A model generated the notes under the pieces. That model saw only the letters and a program-made list of their open reading frames with translations, was not told the origin of the DNA and searched no databases. A stretch of 64,000 nt of DNA from an uncultured delta proteobacterium (GTDB lineage Bacteria; Desulfobacterota; Binatia; DP-6), in the NCBI GenBank assembly GCA_963815115.1, contig CAWFFN010000009.1, forward strand, positions 608,001 to 672,000, written 5' to 3'. Both the position numbers and the translations under genes were made by a program. Below are positions 17,768 to 27,085 of the stretch, in pieces. Each line of letters starts with the position of its first letter. Position 1 is the stretch's first letter.

Positions 17768-18771
17768 AGGTGGGCGATCACCGCGTCGGCGAACTCGTCG
17801 GTGCCGGCCGTCCCTCCGAGGTCGCGCGTGCGCACGGCGCCTTCCTCGAGGACGGCGTTGTAGGCCTTCTTGATGCGTTCCCCGAGCGCTTCCTCGTGCA
17901 GGTGGTTGAGCATCATCACGCCGCTCATGAGGCAGGCGAGCGGATTCGCGACGCCCCTGCCGGCGATGTCGGGCGCCGACCCGTGCACGGCCTCGAACAC
18001 CGAGGCGTCGTCCCCGATGTTCGCGCCCGGCACCACGCCGAGCCCGCCCACCAGCCCTGCGCACAGATCGCTCACCAGGTCGCCGTAGAGGTTCTCCATC
18101 AGGAGGACGTCGAAGCCGGCGGGCTTCTGCACCAGCCGCATGCAGCCCGCGTCGATGATCATCTCCTCGTACTCGATGTTGGGGTACTCCTCCTCCTGGA
18201 TCTTGCGGGCGCAGGTCAGGAAGAGGCCGTCGGTGAGCTTCATGATGTTGGCCTTGTGGAACACGGTGATCTTCTGCCGGTGCCGGCGTGTGGCGTAGCG
18301 GAACGCCCAGCGCGCGATCCGCGTGCAGCCCTTCTCGGTGGCGACCTTCAGCGACGTGACCACGCCGGGCGCCACGGCGTTCTCGATGCCGCTGTAGAGA
18401 CCCTCCGTGTTCTCCCGGACGATCACCAAGTCGACGCCGTCGAAGCGCGTCGGCACGCCGGGGAGGTTGCGCACCGGACGTACCGCCGCGTAGAGGTCGA
18501 GCGCCTGCCGCAGCTGCACGTTGACGCTGCGGAACCCCTTGCCGACGGGCGTCGTGACGGGCCCCTTCAGCGCCACCTTGTGGCCGCGGATCGCGGCGAG
18601 CGTCTCCGGGGGAAGGACGTCGCTGTAACCCTGTTCGACGGCCGTCGCGCCCGCCGGAAACTCGACCCACTGCACGTCGAGCCCCGCCGCTTCGAGGACG
18701 CGGCGCGTGGCGCCGGTCACCTCCGGCCCGATGCCGTCGCCGGGGATGAGCACGATGGTGTGCTTCGCCAT
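17764..18771 (-). CDS. Isocitrate/isopropylmalate dehydrogenase family (NAD-IDH-like)
   Basis: IPGDGIGPEV, RENTEGLY, HKANIMK, NLYGDLVSDL, EAVHGSAPDIAG. Confidence 0.92.
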   Translation of the reverse strand: MAKHTIVLIPGDGIGPEVTGATRRVLEAAGLDVQWVEFPAGATAVEQGYSDVLPPETLAAIRGHKVALKGPVTTPVGKGFRSVNVQLRQALDLYAAVRPVRNLPGVPTRFDGVDLVIVRENTEGLYSGIENAVAPGVVTSLKVATEKGCTRIARWAFRYATRRHRQKITVFHKANIMKLTDGLFLTCARKIQEEEYPNIEYEEMIIDAGCMRLVQKPAGFDVLLMENLYGDLVSDLCAGLVGGLGVVPGANIGDDASVFEAVHGSAPDIAGRGVANPLACLMSGVMMLNHLHEEALGERIKKAYNAVLEEGAVRTRDLGGTAGTDEFADAVIAHL

Positions 18772-18781
18772 GATCCGTCTC

Positions 18782-19192
18782 TCAGCCGAGGAGCCGGCGG
18801 TGCTCGACCATCAGACAGCGATCCTGCACCACCGCGATGCCGGCGTCCTCGAAGGTGCGAGCGGCCGCGTCGTTGCGGATGCCCGACTGGAGCCAGACGA
18901 GTGCTGGCCGCAGCGCCAGGATGTCGTCCACGTGCTCGGCCACCTGCTCGCTGCGCCGGAAGACGTCCACGACGTCCACCGGCTCCCCGATCTCGAGCAG
19001 CGACGCGCGTACCGGCTCGCCCCACAGCACCTGGCCCGCGTACACCGGGTTGGCGGGGAGGATGCGATAGCCTCGCCGGTGGAGGTAGCCGGGAACGTAG
19101 TGGGCTGGCTTCGCCGGGTCGGGATGGGCACCCAGCACGGCGATGCGACGGGCGCCGGTGAGGAGGACACGCAGGTCGTCGTCGGTGCGCAT
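18782..19192 (-). CDS. CoA-binding protein (YccU-like)
   Basis: IAVLGA..PAHYV..PANP, VDVVDVFR, WLQSGI, DRCLMVEH. Confidence 0.9.
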   Translation of the reverse strand: MRTDDDLRVLLTGARRIAVLGAHPDPAKPAHYVPGYLHRRGYRILPANPVYAGQVLWGEPVRASLLEIGEPVDVVDVFRRSEQVAEHVDDILALRPALVWLQSGIRNDAAARTFEDAGIAVVQDRCLMVEHRRLLG

Positions 19193-19361
19193 CGGCTCCC
19201 ACTGGCCTACTAGATCGGGTGTACCACGGCCAGCGCCCGGGCATCACCGCCGGGCGGACGCGTCACACGACGTCGGCTCAACCGTGCTCGATGCGGACGT
19301 ACACCTGGGAGTCAGCGCGCTTACTGGACGACCTTGCCACGCTGCATCTCGTGCGTCATAG

Positions 19362-19380
19362 TGATGCATATGCTGCATCA
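19362..19380. promoter_or_regulatory. Palindromic operator of TA module
   Basis: TGATGCA-N5-TGCATCA just upstream of the antitoxin RBS. Confidence 0.6.
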
Positions 19381-19395
19381 ACGAGAGGACGGAAC

Positions 19396-19656
19396 ATGAA
19401 GACCATCACCGTGCGCAACATGCCGCGCGAGCTGGCGAAGGAGATCGACCGCCGGGCGCGGGCTGGACGGACGAGCTTGAGCAAGACGGTCGTCGTGCTT
19501 CTCGAGGAGGCGACCGGCGTCGGCCACCGAAAACCGGAGCGGACCCTGCACGATGACCTCGATGATCTGGCGGGGTCCTGGAGTCGGGAGGAAGCGGATG
19601 CGTTCGACCGGGTACTCGCCGAGCAGCGTACGATAGACCCCGAGCTCTGGAAGTGA
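19396..19656 (+). CDS. Antitoxin (RHH/FitA-like)
   Basis: MKTITVRNMP...DLDDLAGSWS; overlaps PIN toxin (GTGA). Confidence 0.8.
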   Translation: MKTITVRNMPRELAKEIDRRARAGRTSLSKTVVVLLEEATGVGHRKPERTLHDDLDDLAGSWSREEADAFDRVLAEQRTIDPELWK

Positions 19657-20054
19657 CGCGACTGATTGTCGACACTTCCGCGTATTCAGCTCTCATGCGG
19701 GGACACGACGGTGTCATGGCGGCTCTCCGTGAGGCTGTATCCATCGCTGTGAATCCCATCATCCTGGGGGAGCTGCGCGCCGGTTTCCTCCGAGGCGTTC
19801 ACCGGCGGAAGAACGAGGGCGAGCTACGCCGGTTCCTCGCCTCGGCGCGCGTGTTCGTGGTCGCAATCGATGTGGAGACGGCGGAACGCTACGCCGTGAT
19901 CGTCGACTCGTTGCGCGCCGCAGGCACGCCCATCCCGACGAACGACGTCTGGATCGCCGCCAGCGCGATGCAGCATGGCCTCGGTGTGCTGACGACCGAC
20001 CGGCACTTCCATCGAATCCCCCAGGTGGCCGTAGAGCACCTTGCGCCCGCCTGA
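19653..20054 (+). CDS. vapC: VapC PIN toxin
   Basis: IVDTSAY, GELRAG, IPTNDVWIAA, TTDRHF. Confidence 0.92.
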   Translation: MTRLIVDTSAYSALMRGHDGVMAALREAVSIAVNPIILGELRAGFLRGVHRRKNEGELRRFLASARVFVVAIDVETAERYAVIVDSLRAAGTPIPTNDVWIAASAMQHGLGVLTTDRHFHRIPQVAVEHLAPA

Positions 20055-20121
20055 GGTTCCGGCCTCCGGGACAAGTGTCCCGTCGACGTCTCTGCAGGAA
20101 CGCACGCGCTCCCGGCAGAGC

Positions 20122-20196
20122 TCGCGCAAGCGCAACGGCCGCGCGGCCACCGACGACCCGCTCGTGCGCCGGCGCTTCGCCGATCTCGTCATTCGC
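20122..20196 (+). repeat. Diverged inverted copy of an internal acyl-CoA dehydrogenase segment (about 21447-21522)
   Basis: Encodes SRKRNGRAATDDPLVRRRFADLVIR vs SRKRNGRAATDDPLVRQRLADLAIR. Confidence 0.85.
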
Positions 20197-20203
20197 GGTG
20201 GCC

Positions 20204-21072
20204 TCACGGAAGCACGCTTCCGCCTCCGCCTCGCCCGGGAACTCGGACGCCCGTGGCCTGCTGGCACAGCTCGCCCGACGGTTCCGAGCTCGGGCGGTTG
20301 GCAAACGGATAGTAGGCCGTACCCCCGAAGGCGAGGATGCCGATCCGGGCGCGCATGACGATCGGCTCGCCGACGTGCCCCGCGACGTCCTTCGACAGTG
20401 CGAAGCCGCAGCCGGTGTGGATGGTACCGTGGACGACGTCGGTGTGCGCGAACAGGGAGTCGAAGTACCCCAGTCGCGGATTCTGCGTGAAGCCGTCCTG
20501 GGTGAAGAACTGGGCCGAGATGGTGGTGTCGATGAGATGGCTGCCGACGGCAGTCGCCTCGGCGCAGTGCATCGTGAGCGTGACCTCAACGGTCGTCGGA
20601 TCGCCGGAGTTCTTCGCCGTGGAGGTCGGCGGCGGCGTAATGACGTCGACGAAGCTCACGGCGCCCTCGTGCTGGGCGAATTCGTCGTCCGGTTGTTGCC
20701 GGCCACGAATCCCGCTCCGTAGAAGAACGGGCTGATGAGCGTGCCCGCCGATGCGTAGGCCCGGACGTAGCCCGGTCCGACCTCGCCGAACCCGTGGACG
20801 CCGGCGAACCCGCCGAAGTTCTGCGAGCCGCCCGGCCCCCAGAGGAAGCCGTCGTCGAGGAGGCACCCGTAGTCGTCGGCCTTGATGCCGTTTCCGCGGT
20901 CGACCAGACTCGCGAGCGTTGCCCGTGTGGTATCGGACGGCTGGAGCGTGTCGACCGCGAGCGCACACTCGGAGCCGTCGAACATGACGTCGACGCGGGG
21001 CTGGACCGTCGCCCGTCCGGCAGAGACCCTCGCCAGGATGATGACGGCGACCGTCAGCGCTCGCTTCGGCAT
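20204..21072 (-). CDS. Secreted hypothetical protein, frameshifted near 20700
   Basis: Signal peptide MPKRALTVAVIILA; coding frame switches from the 20656-21072 ORF to the 20204-20968 ORF. Confidence 0.55.
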
Positions 21073-21132
21073 GCCGGGAGGACTACCGCCGGCGGTCGCG
21101 ATGCAGGCAAGGGATTCTCGGCCAGGACCGGG

Positions 21133-22332
21133 TCAGCTCGGGCGCGGCTCGCGCGGCATGCCGAGGCCGCGCTCGGCGATGATGTTCTTCTGCACCTGCG
21201 CGGTGCCGCCCCCGATGATGAGCCCGAGCGCGAACATGTAGTCGTTCGGCCACGTGCCGTCGTCGGCGACCCGGGCGTCCTTCTTTCCGAGCCAGCCGTA
21301 GTCGCCGAGGATCTCGAGCGCGGAGCGCGCGAGCTGGTGGTTCAGCTCGCAGGTGACGAGCTTGTTCACCGAGGCGTTGATGCCCGGGGGACGCTTGCGC
21401 AACGTGTCCGTGAGCTGGCGGAACGCCTCCAGCTTCATGGTCTCGACGCGGATGGCGAGATCGGCGAGCCGCTGCCGTACGAGCGGGTCGTCGGTGGCGG
21501 CACGGCCGTTGCGCTTGCGCGAACGTGCCAGCCGCAGGAGGTTCTGGAACAGCTGCTGGCTGCGGGTGGTGGACGCCAGCATGTTGCGCTCGTGGAAGAG
21601 CGTCGCGTTCGCCACCGTCCAGCCGTCGTGCAGCTGGCCGACCAGGTTCGCGCGCGGCACGCGCACGTCCTCGAAGAAGACCTCGTTGAAGCCGGGATCG
21701 CCGGTCATCTGCACGAGCGGGCGCACCGTGATGCCGGGCGACTTCATGTCGATCAGGATGTAGGAGATGCCGCGATGCTTGGGCGCCTCGGGGTCGGTGC
21801 GCACCAGGCAGAACATCCGGTCGGCGTACTGCGCGCCCGAGGTCCAGATCTTCTGGCCGTTGACGACGAACTCGTCGCCGACGATCTCGGCGCGCGTGCG
21901 CAGCGACGCCAGGTCGGAGCCCGAGCCCGGCTCCGAGTAGCCCTGACACCAGATCTCCTCGGCTTCGAGTATGCGGGGCAGATACTGGCGCCGCTGCTCC
22001 TCCGTTCCGTGCGCGATGAGCGTCGGTCCGACCATCTGGATCCCCATCATGCCGATGAGACCCGGCGCCCGGGCCCGCACCATCTCCTCGTTCACGATGG
22101 TCTGCCGCATGACGTCGGCACCCTGGCCGCCGTACTCGGTGGGCCACCCCAGGGCGAGGTAGCCCGCCGCATGCACCTTGCGCTGCCATGCCTTGGCGCG
22201 CGTGATGCGCTCCTTGTCGGGAGCACCCTCCAGCGGATTGTCGCGCCGATCGTGCTTCGGAACGTTCCGCTTGAGCCAGGCGCGGACCTCGCGCTGGAAG
22301 GCGAGCTCGTCGGGTGAGTAGGACAGATCCAT
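21133..22332 (-). CDS. Acyl-CoA dehydrogenase
   Basis: MDLSYSPDE, WCQGYSEPGSGSDLA, NGQKIWTS, FNEVFFEDV, IGGGTAQVQKNIIAER. Confidence 0.93.
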   Translation of the reverse strand: MDLSYSPDELAFQREVRAWLKRNVPKHDRRDNPLEGAPDKERITRAKAWQRKVHAAGYLALGWPTEYGGQGADVMRQTIVNEEMVRARAPGLIGMMGIQMVGPTLIAHGTEEQRRQYLPRILEAEEIWCQGYSEPGSGSDLASLRTRAEIVGDEFVVNGQKIWTSGAQYADRMFCLVRTDPEAPKHRGISYILIDMKSPGITVRPLVQMTGDPGFNEVFFEDVRVPRANLVGQLHDGWTVANATLFHERNMLASTTRSQQLFQNLLRLARSRKRNGRAATDDPLVRQRLADLAIRVETMKLEAFRQLTDTLRKRPPGINASVNKLVTCELNHQLARSALEILGDYGWLGKKDARVADDGTWPNDYMFALGLIIGGGTAQVQKNIIAERGLGMPREPRPS

Positions 22333-22388
22333 CGCGGCGATGGGTAGCACGGGCCGCGGTGCCGCCGCCACCGCCGCGCCGCCGATCC

Positions 22389-23402
22389 TCACGCGGTCGC
22401 CTGGAACGCGTAGAAGCTCTCCATGGGGATCAGACGGCGGGAGTGGACCGCGGTGAAGCCCGCGCCGCGCAGCTGGGCGGTCAGCTCGTCGCGTCCCGGA
22501 AGCCGGCCGCAGCCCGCCGTGAGGGCCCCCCAGAGGTTCAGGAGCTGCGTGGTCGGGCTGCCACCCTGGCAGGCGGTGGTCAGCAGCAGACATCCACGCG
22601 GCCGGAGAAAGCTGCGTACGTGCGCGAGCAGCGGCGCGCGCCGGTCGACCGGGAAGTAGTAGACGTTGTTGTGGAGCGTGGCGAGGTCGAAGTCGCCGCC
22701 GGCCGGTCGTTGCAGGACGTCGCCCTGCTCGATCCGCACCCGGTCCGCCAGACCCCAGGCATGGACGTTCTCCCGCGCCAGCGCCACCACGTCCGCCGCG
22801 AGGTCGATGCCGACGGCAGTGAGCTCCGGGTTGCGCTCGGCGGCCGATCGGATGTGGATCGCGCTGCCGCACCCGATCTCGAAGAGACGGACCGCGCCGC
22901 GCGTAGGCACGACGTCCTCGACCGCATCGCCGACGAACGCCTCGAGGGTACGGGAAGAGCGCGCGATCAGGTCGCCGCGGAGGTCGTCGAGCGAGAGCCG
23001 GTGCGACTCGCGGAGGCGCTGCGGCGCCTCCGTGACCCAGCGCTGGTGAAGGGTCGCTGCCTCCTCGACGAGCGCAGCCGCCGGGTCGTGGTCGGGCTGG
23101 GCGAGGGCGCGCGCGAGCCGACCGCGCAGCGCATAGCCCGCGGGCGAGCGGCGCAGCTCCCCCAGGGACACGCCGAGATCGAGCCAGGCCTCGAGGCCGT
23201 CGCGCTCGTCGGGAGCGACCGCGAGCTCCGCCGCGAGCCGCTCGAGCGCCACCGGACCGCCGGCGAGACGCCGAAGCAAGCCCGATCCCGCCGCGGCGCC
23301 GAGGAAGCAGACCCGGTAGTAGGGCTTCAGCAGCCGTTGCAGGGAGAGGAGCACGCCCGCCTGGCCGGAGCGCAGGAGGGCCACGGCCGTGCGGAGCTTC
23401 AT
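22389..23402 (-). CDS. SAM-dependent methyltransferase
   Basis: RBS GGAGG; FEIGCGSA, GIDL, FDLATLHNNVYYF. Confidence 0.82.
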   Translation of the reverse strand: MKLRTAVALLRSGQAGVLLSLQRLLKPYYRVCFLGAAAGSGLLRRLAGGPVALERLAAELAVAPDERDGLEAWLDLGVSLGELRRSPAGYALRGRLARALAQPDHDPAAALVEEAATLHQRWVTEAPQRLRESHRLSLDDLRGDLIARSSRTLEAFVGDAVEDVVPTRGAVRLFEIGCGSAIHIRSAAERNPELTAVGIDLAADVVALARENVHAWGLADRVRIEQGDVLQRPAGGDFDLATLHNNVYYFPVDRRAPLLAHVRSFLRPRGCLLLTTACQGGSPTTQLLNLWGALTAGCGRLPGRDELTAQLRGAGFTAVHSRRLIPMESFYAFQATA

Positions 23403-23540
23403 CTCGCCTCCAGTCGCCGGCTCGTACATCCGCGCGAACGCCGCCGTCAACGTCGTCCCGACCGGCAGTCGCCGCGTTGACGGCGCCGAGCGGGCTGGGG
23501 TAGGCCGAACCAGATCCAGCACCACACGAAGGGGGGCACC

Positions 23541-25037
23541 ATGCAGGAGTATCGCCTCTACATCGACGGCGAGTTTTGTGCCGCTGCATCGGGCAAGACG
23601 GCCGACTCCACCAACCCGGCGACCGAGGAGCCCTGGGCACGCGTCGCGCGCGCCGGTCGCGAGGACACGCAGCGCGCCGTCCGGGCTGCGCGCCAGGCCT
23701 TCGACGCCGGGCCCTGGCCGCGCATGAGCCAGGCGGACCGCGGCAAGATACTGAATCAGATCGCCGACGGACTGCAGGAGCGCGCCCAGGAGATCGCGGT
23801 CATCGAGACGCAGGACTCGGGCGGCACCATCCGCAAGACCGGCGGCGATCTCATGCTCGCGAACGCCCAGCTGCGCTACTTCGCAGAGGCGGCGGAGCAG
23901 GTACCCCTGCTGTCGCAGATCCAGGTGCCGCAGTTCCCCGCCCAGTCGACGAACTGGGTCCAGCGCGAGCCGTTCGGCGTCTGCGGGCAGATCATCCCCT
24001 GGAACTTCCCCCTCATGATGGCGGTGTGGAAGATCGGACCCGCGCTCGCCACCGGCAACACGGTGGTGCTGAAGCCGGCCACCGACACGCCATGCTCGGC
24101 GTTCGAGCTGGCCGCGATCATCGACAAGACGGATCTGCCGAAGGGCGTGGTCAACGTGATCCACGGCTCGGGGGCGGAGTGCGGCGAGGAGCTGTGCACC
24201 AGCTCGCTGGTCGACAAGATCGCCTTCACCGGCTCGACCGCCGTCGGCAGCCGCATCATGCAGCTCGCCGCCGGGACGGTGAAGAAGGTGACTCTCGAGC
24301 TGGGCGGCAAGTCGGCCAACATCATCCTCGACGACGCCGACCTCGACATGGCCATCGACGGATCGCTCTTCGGCTGCTTCTTCCACCAGGGCCAGGCGTG
24401 CGAGTCGGGGACGCGGCTGCTGGTGTCGGAGGCCAAGCACGACGAGGTCGTGGCACGGCTGGTCGAGCGGACGAAGCTGATCAACTGCGGCGACCCGCTC
24501 GACATGATGAGCGCCCAGGGACCGCTCATCTCGGCGCGCCAGCGCGGAACGGTGGAGGGCTACATCAAGAAGGGCGTCGAGGAAGGCGCCAAGGTGGCCG
24601 TCGGCGGCGGCCGTCCTGCCGGCCTCTCGAAGGGGTACTACGTCGAGCCGACCATCCTGACCGACGTCAAGAACTCGATGACGGTGGCCCAGGAGGAGAT
24701 CTTCGGACCGGTGCTCGCGGTCATCCGGTACAAGGACATCGACGACGCCATCAAGATCGCGAACGACTCCATCTACGGGCTCGGCGGCGCCGTCTGGTCG
24801 CGCGACGACGACAAGGCGATGGAGGTCGCGAAGCGCGTCCGCACCGGCACGATGTGGATCAACGAGTACCACATGCTGTCGGCGGCGGCGCCTTTCGGAG
24901 GCTACAAGCAGAGCGGCATCGGCCGCGAGTTCGGCATGGAAGGCATCCTCGAGTACATGCAGATCAAGCACATCCACCGGGACGAGGTACGGAACCGCGC
25001 CGGCAAGTTCTGGTACGGGGCGCTCTTCGGCGCGTGA
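23541..25037 (+). CDS. Aldehyde dehydrogenase
   Basis: IIPWNFP, FTGST, LELGGKS, GQACESG, EEIFGPV, PFGGYKQSG. Confidence 0.95.
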   Translation: MQEYRLYIDGEFCAAASGKTADSTNPATEEPWARVARAGREDTQRAVRAARQAFDAGPWPRMSQADRGKILNQIADGLQERAQEIAVIETQDSGGTIRKTGGDLMLANAQLRYFAEAAEQVPLLSQIQVPQFPAQSTNWVQREPFGVCGQIIPWNFPLMMAVWKIGPALATGNTVVLKPATDTPCSAFELAAIIDKTDLPKGVVNVIHGSGAECGEELCTSSLVDKIAFTGSTAVGSRIMQLAAGTVKKVTLELGGKSANIILDDADLDMAIDGSLFGCFFHQGQACESGTRLLVSEAKHDEVVARLVERTKLINCGDPLDMMSAQGPLISARQRGTVEGYIKKGVEEGAKVAVGGGRPAGLSKGYYVEPTILTDVKNSMTVAQEEIFGPVLAVIRYKDIDDAIKIANDSIYGLGGAVWSRDDDKAMEVAKRVRTGTMWINEYHMLSAAAPFGGYKQSGIGREFGMEGILEYMQIKHIHRDEVRNRAGKFWYGALFGA

Positions 25038-25351
25038 CGGTCGACTTCAGCGGGACGGCGCTCCGGGTCGTGCGCGCGGTACAGGCCGCCCGACCCGGGG
25101 CGCCGCTCGTGTTCGTCTTCGGCGAGGGTTGCTGCGAGGGAACGGCGCCGCACCTGTTCGCCGATCACGTCGTCGGGCCCGACGAGCGCGCGGTGGGCCG
25201 CGCCGAGGAGGTTCCCGTGCTCGCGGGCGCACGCATGCGCGAGCTCTACGCCGGCCGTCGCGTGCTGATCGACGCGGAGGAGGACGCGCTCGCGGACGGG
25301 TTCTCCGCCGAGATCGAGCTCGGCTGGCGGTTCGTGCTGCGGACGTCCTGA
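25034..25351 (+). CDS. DUF779-like protein
   Basis: GEGCCEGTAP, GFSAEIELGWRF; follows ALDH with GTGA overlap. Confidence 0.75.
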   Translation: MTVDFSGTALRVVRAVQAARPGAPLVFVFGEGCCEGTAPHLFADHVVGPDERAVGRAEEVPVLAGARMRELYAGRRVLIDAEEDALADGFSAEIELGWRFVLRTS

Positions 25352-25403
25352 GGATCCGCTTGGCCTTCTCGGCCGAACGCTCTTGCGCTCGCGCCAATGG
25401 CGT

Positions 25404-25431
25404 GTAAGACATTCAGTGAGAAGTGTCATAC
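25404..25431. promoter_or_regulatory. Imperfect inverted repeat upstream of TA module
   Basis: GTAAGACA-N12-TGTCATAC before RBS GGAGG. Confidence 0.45.
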
Positions 25432-25440
25432 GGAGGTCTC

Positions 25441-25641
25441 ATGAAGACCGACAAGGTGCTCACCGTGCGAGTCGCAGGACGTCGGCTGCGCAGGATCATG
25501 CGCGCACGCGGGATCAAGCGGCAATCCGACCTGATCACCCGGCTGCTCGAGGAGGAGGAGGAGCGTCTGGAATCACTGGCCGTCCTGCGCCAGACCGCCG
25601 GAACCGCCCGGCGATCCGACTTCGATGATCGCCTTCTTTGA
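25441..25641 (+). CDS. Putative antitoxin
   Basis: 66 aa, RHH-like N-terminus, overlaps PIN gene. Confidence 0.7.
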   Translation: MKTDKVLTVRVAGRRLRRIMRARGIKRQSDLITRLLEEEEERLESLAVLRQTAGTARRSDFDDRLL

Positions 25642-26032
25642 CACGAGCATCCACGTCGACGTGCTCTCGCGCCGTCTCTCTCTCGAGGATGCCATCCAGG
25701 CGGCGGGTGGCGGCCCCGTGCGCCTGTCGCCGGTGGTGGCCAGCGAACTCCTGCGAGGCGCTACCGGGTCGGCCGTCGCACGCGTCGAGGAGCTCGTGAA
25801 GCGGTTGGTTCCGATCGAGCCCCCGTCGTGGCGACGGTGCTGGGTCGAGGTAGGCCGACTCCTCCCCAAGGTGTACCCGCACCACGAGGACGTCGGCCTC
25901 GCGCGGCTGCAGAATGATGCGTTTCTCGCGCTGACCGCCCGGCATACGGGAACCCTCTTCCTCACCCGGGATGCGCACTTCGAGACGCTCCGGACCCACG
26001 TGCCGTTCGCCCTGAGGCTCGTGAGTGCGTGA
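25625..26032 (+). CDS. vapC: VapC PIN toxin
   Basis: FFDTSI, VASELLRG, NDAFLA, LTRDAHF. Confidence 0.88.
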   Translation: MIAFFDTSIHVDVLSRRLSLEDAIQAAGGGPVRLSPVVASELLRGATGSAVARVEELVKRLVPIEPPSWRRCWVEVGRLLPKVYPHHEDVGLARLQNDAFLALTARHTGTLFLTRDAHFETLRTHVPFALRLVSA

Positions 26033-26095
26033 GTGGCCGGAGGGTCGGCGCCTTCTCGCCTGCCGGTGTCACACCGGGCGCAGCTCGACCCGCTC

Positions 26096-26944
26096 CTACC
26101 GAAACAACGCCTTCGCCAGCTCACCGCGATAGCGGTCCGTCAGCGGGTGGTCCGAGCCGAGCACCGCGAACAGGTCGACCATCGCCTTGCGGGCGCCGTC
26201 GTCGGCGAAGTGGCGGTCGCGCCGCACGACGTCGAGCAGCTCCGCCAGCGCGTCCTCGTGCCGGCCGAGCGCGGCGAGCGTGCGGCCGAGGCCGAGGCGG
26301 GCCTCGAGGTCGCCGGGATCGGCGGCGATCCGGGCGCGCAGCGCTGCCTGGTCGCCGGCGCCGTCGGCCCGCGTGCGCAGCTCGGCCGCGAGCCGCTCGG
26401 CCTCGCCGACCAGCGGTGACGGTGGCGAAACGCGCTCGAGGAGCTGGAGCGCCTCGGCCGTCTCGCCGCGCGCCGCGAGCATCCTGGCCAGCGCGAGCAG
26501 CGCTCGCGCGTGCCGCGGCTCGGTTGCGAGCGCCTCGCGCAGGGCCGCCTCGGCCGCGTCGGGGGCGAGCGCCGCCGCCTCCGCGACCAGCCGGTCGGTG
26601 GCCGACGGCAGCACCATCTCGAGCAGCTTCCGCACGGCCGGCTCGGGCTGCGCTCCGACGAACTCCGCCACCAGCGTCCCGTCGCGGAATCCCTTCACCG
26701 CCGGGATGCTCTGGATGCCGAACGCCTGCGCCACCGCCGGCGCCTCGTCGACGTTCACCTTGGCGAGGACGAACGCCCCCTGGTGCTCCTCCGCCAGCCG
26801 CTCCAGCAAGGGCCCGAGGGCCCGGCAGGGCCCGCACCAGGGCGCCCAGAAGTCGACGACCACGGGCGTGACCTCGGACCGTTCGAGGACCGCGGTCTCG
26901 AAGTCGGCATCCCCGACGTCGATGGTCCACGCGTTATCGCTCAT
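26096..26944 (-). CDS. ybbN: Thioredoxin-TPR co-chaperone (YbbN/CnoX)
   Basis: VVVDFWAPWCGPC, FGIQSIPAV, TPR C-terminus ending YRGELAKALF. Confidence 0.9.
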   Translation of the reverse strand: MSDNAWTIDVGDADFETAVLERSEVTPVVVDFWAPWCGPCRALGPLLERLAEEHQGAFVLAKVNVDEAPAVAQAFGIQSIPAVKGFRDGTLVAEFVGAQPEPAVRKLLEMVLPSATDRLVAEAAALAPDAAEAALREALATEPRHARALLALARMLAARGETAEALQLLERVSPPSPLVGEAERLAAELRTRADGAGDQAALRARIAADPGDLEARLGLGRTLAALGRHEDALAELLDVVRRDRHFADDGARKAMVDLFAVLGSDHPLTDRYRGELAKALFR

Positions 26945-27085
26945 GGAGACAACCCTGCGCACGGTCGGGCGCGAAGACAAGCCCGGCCTCCCCGCGTGGA
27001 AGGCCGGGGAGTAACGCATCTGCCTGGAAAAAGTAGCTTGCCGGCCTGGACCACCGGTGCTAGTCGAGCGACCCGGACACAGAAA

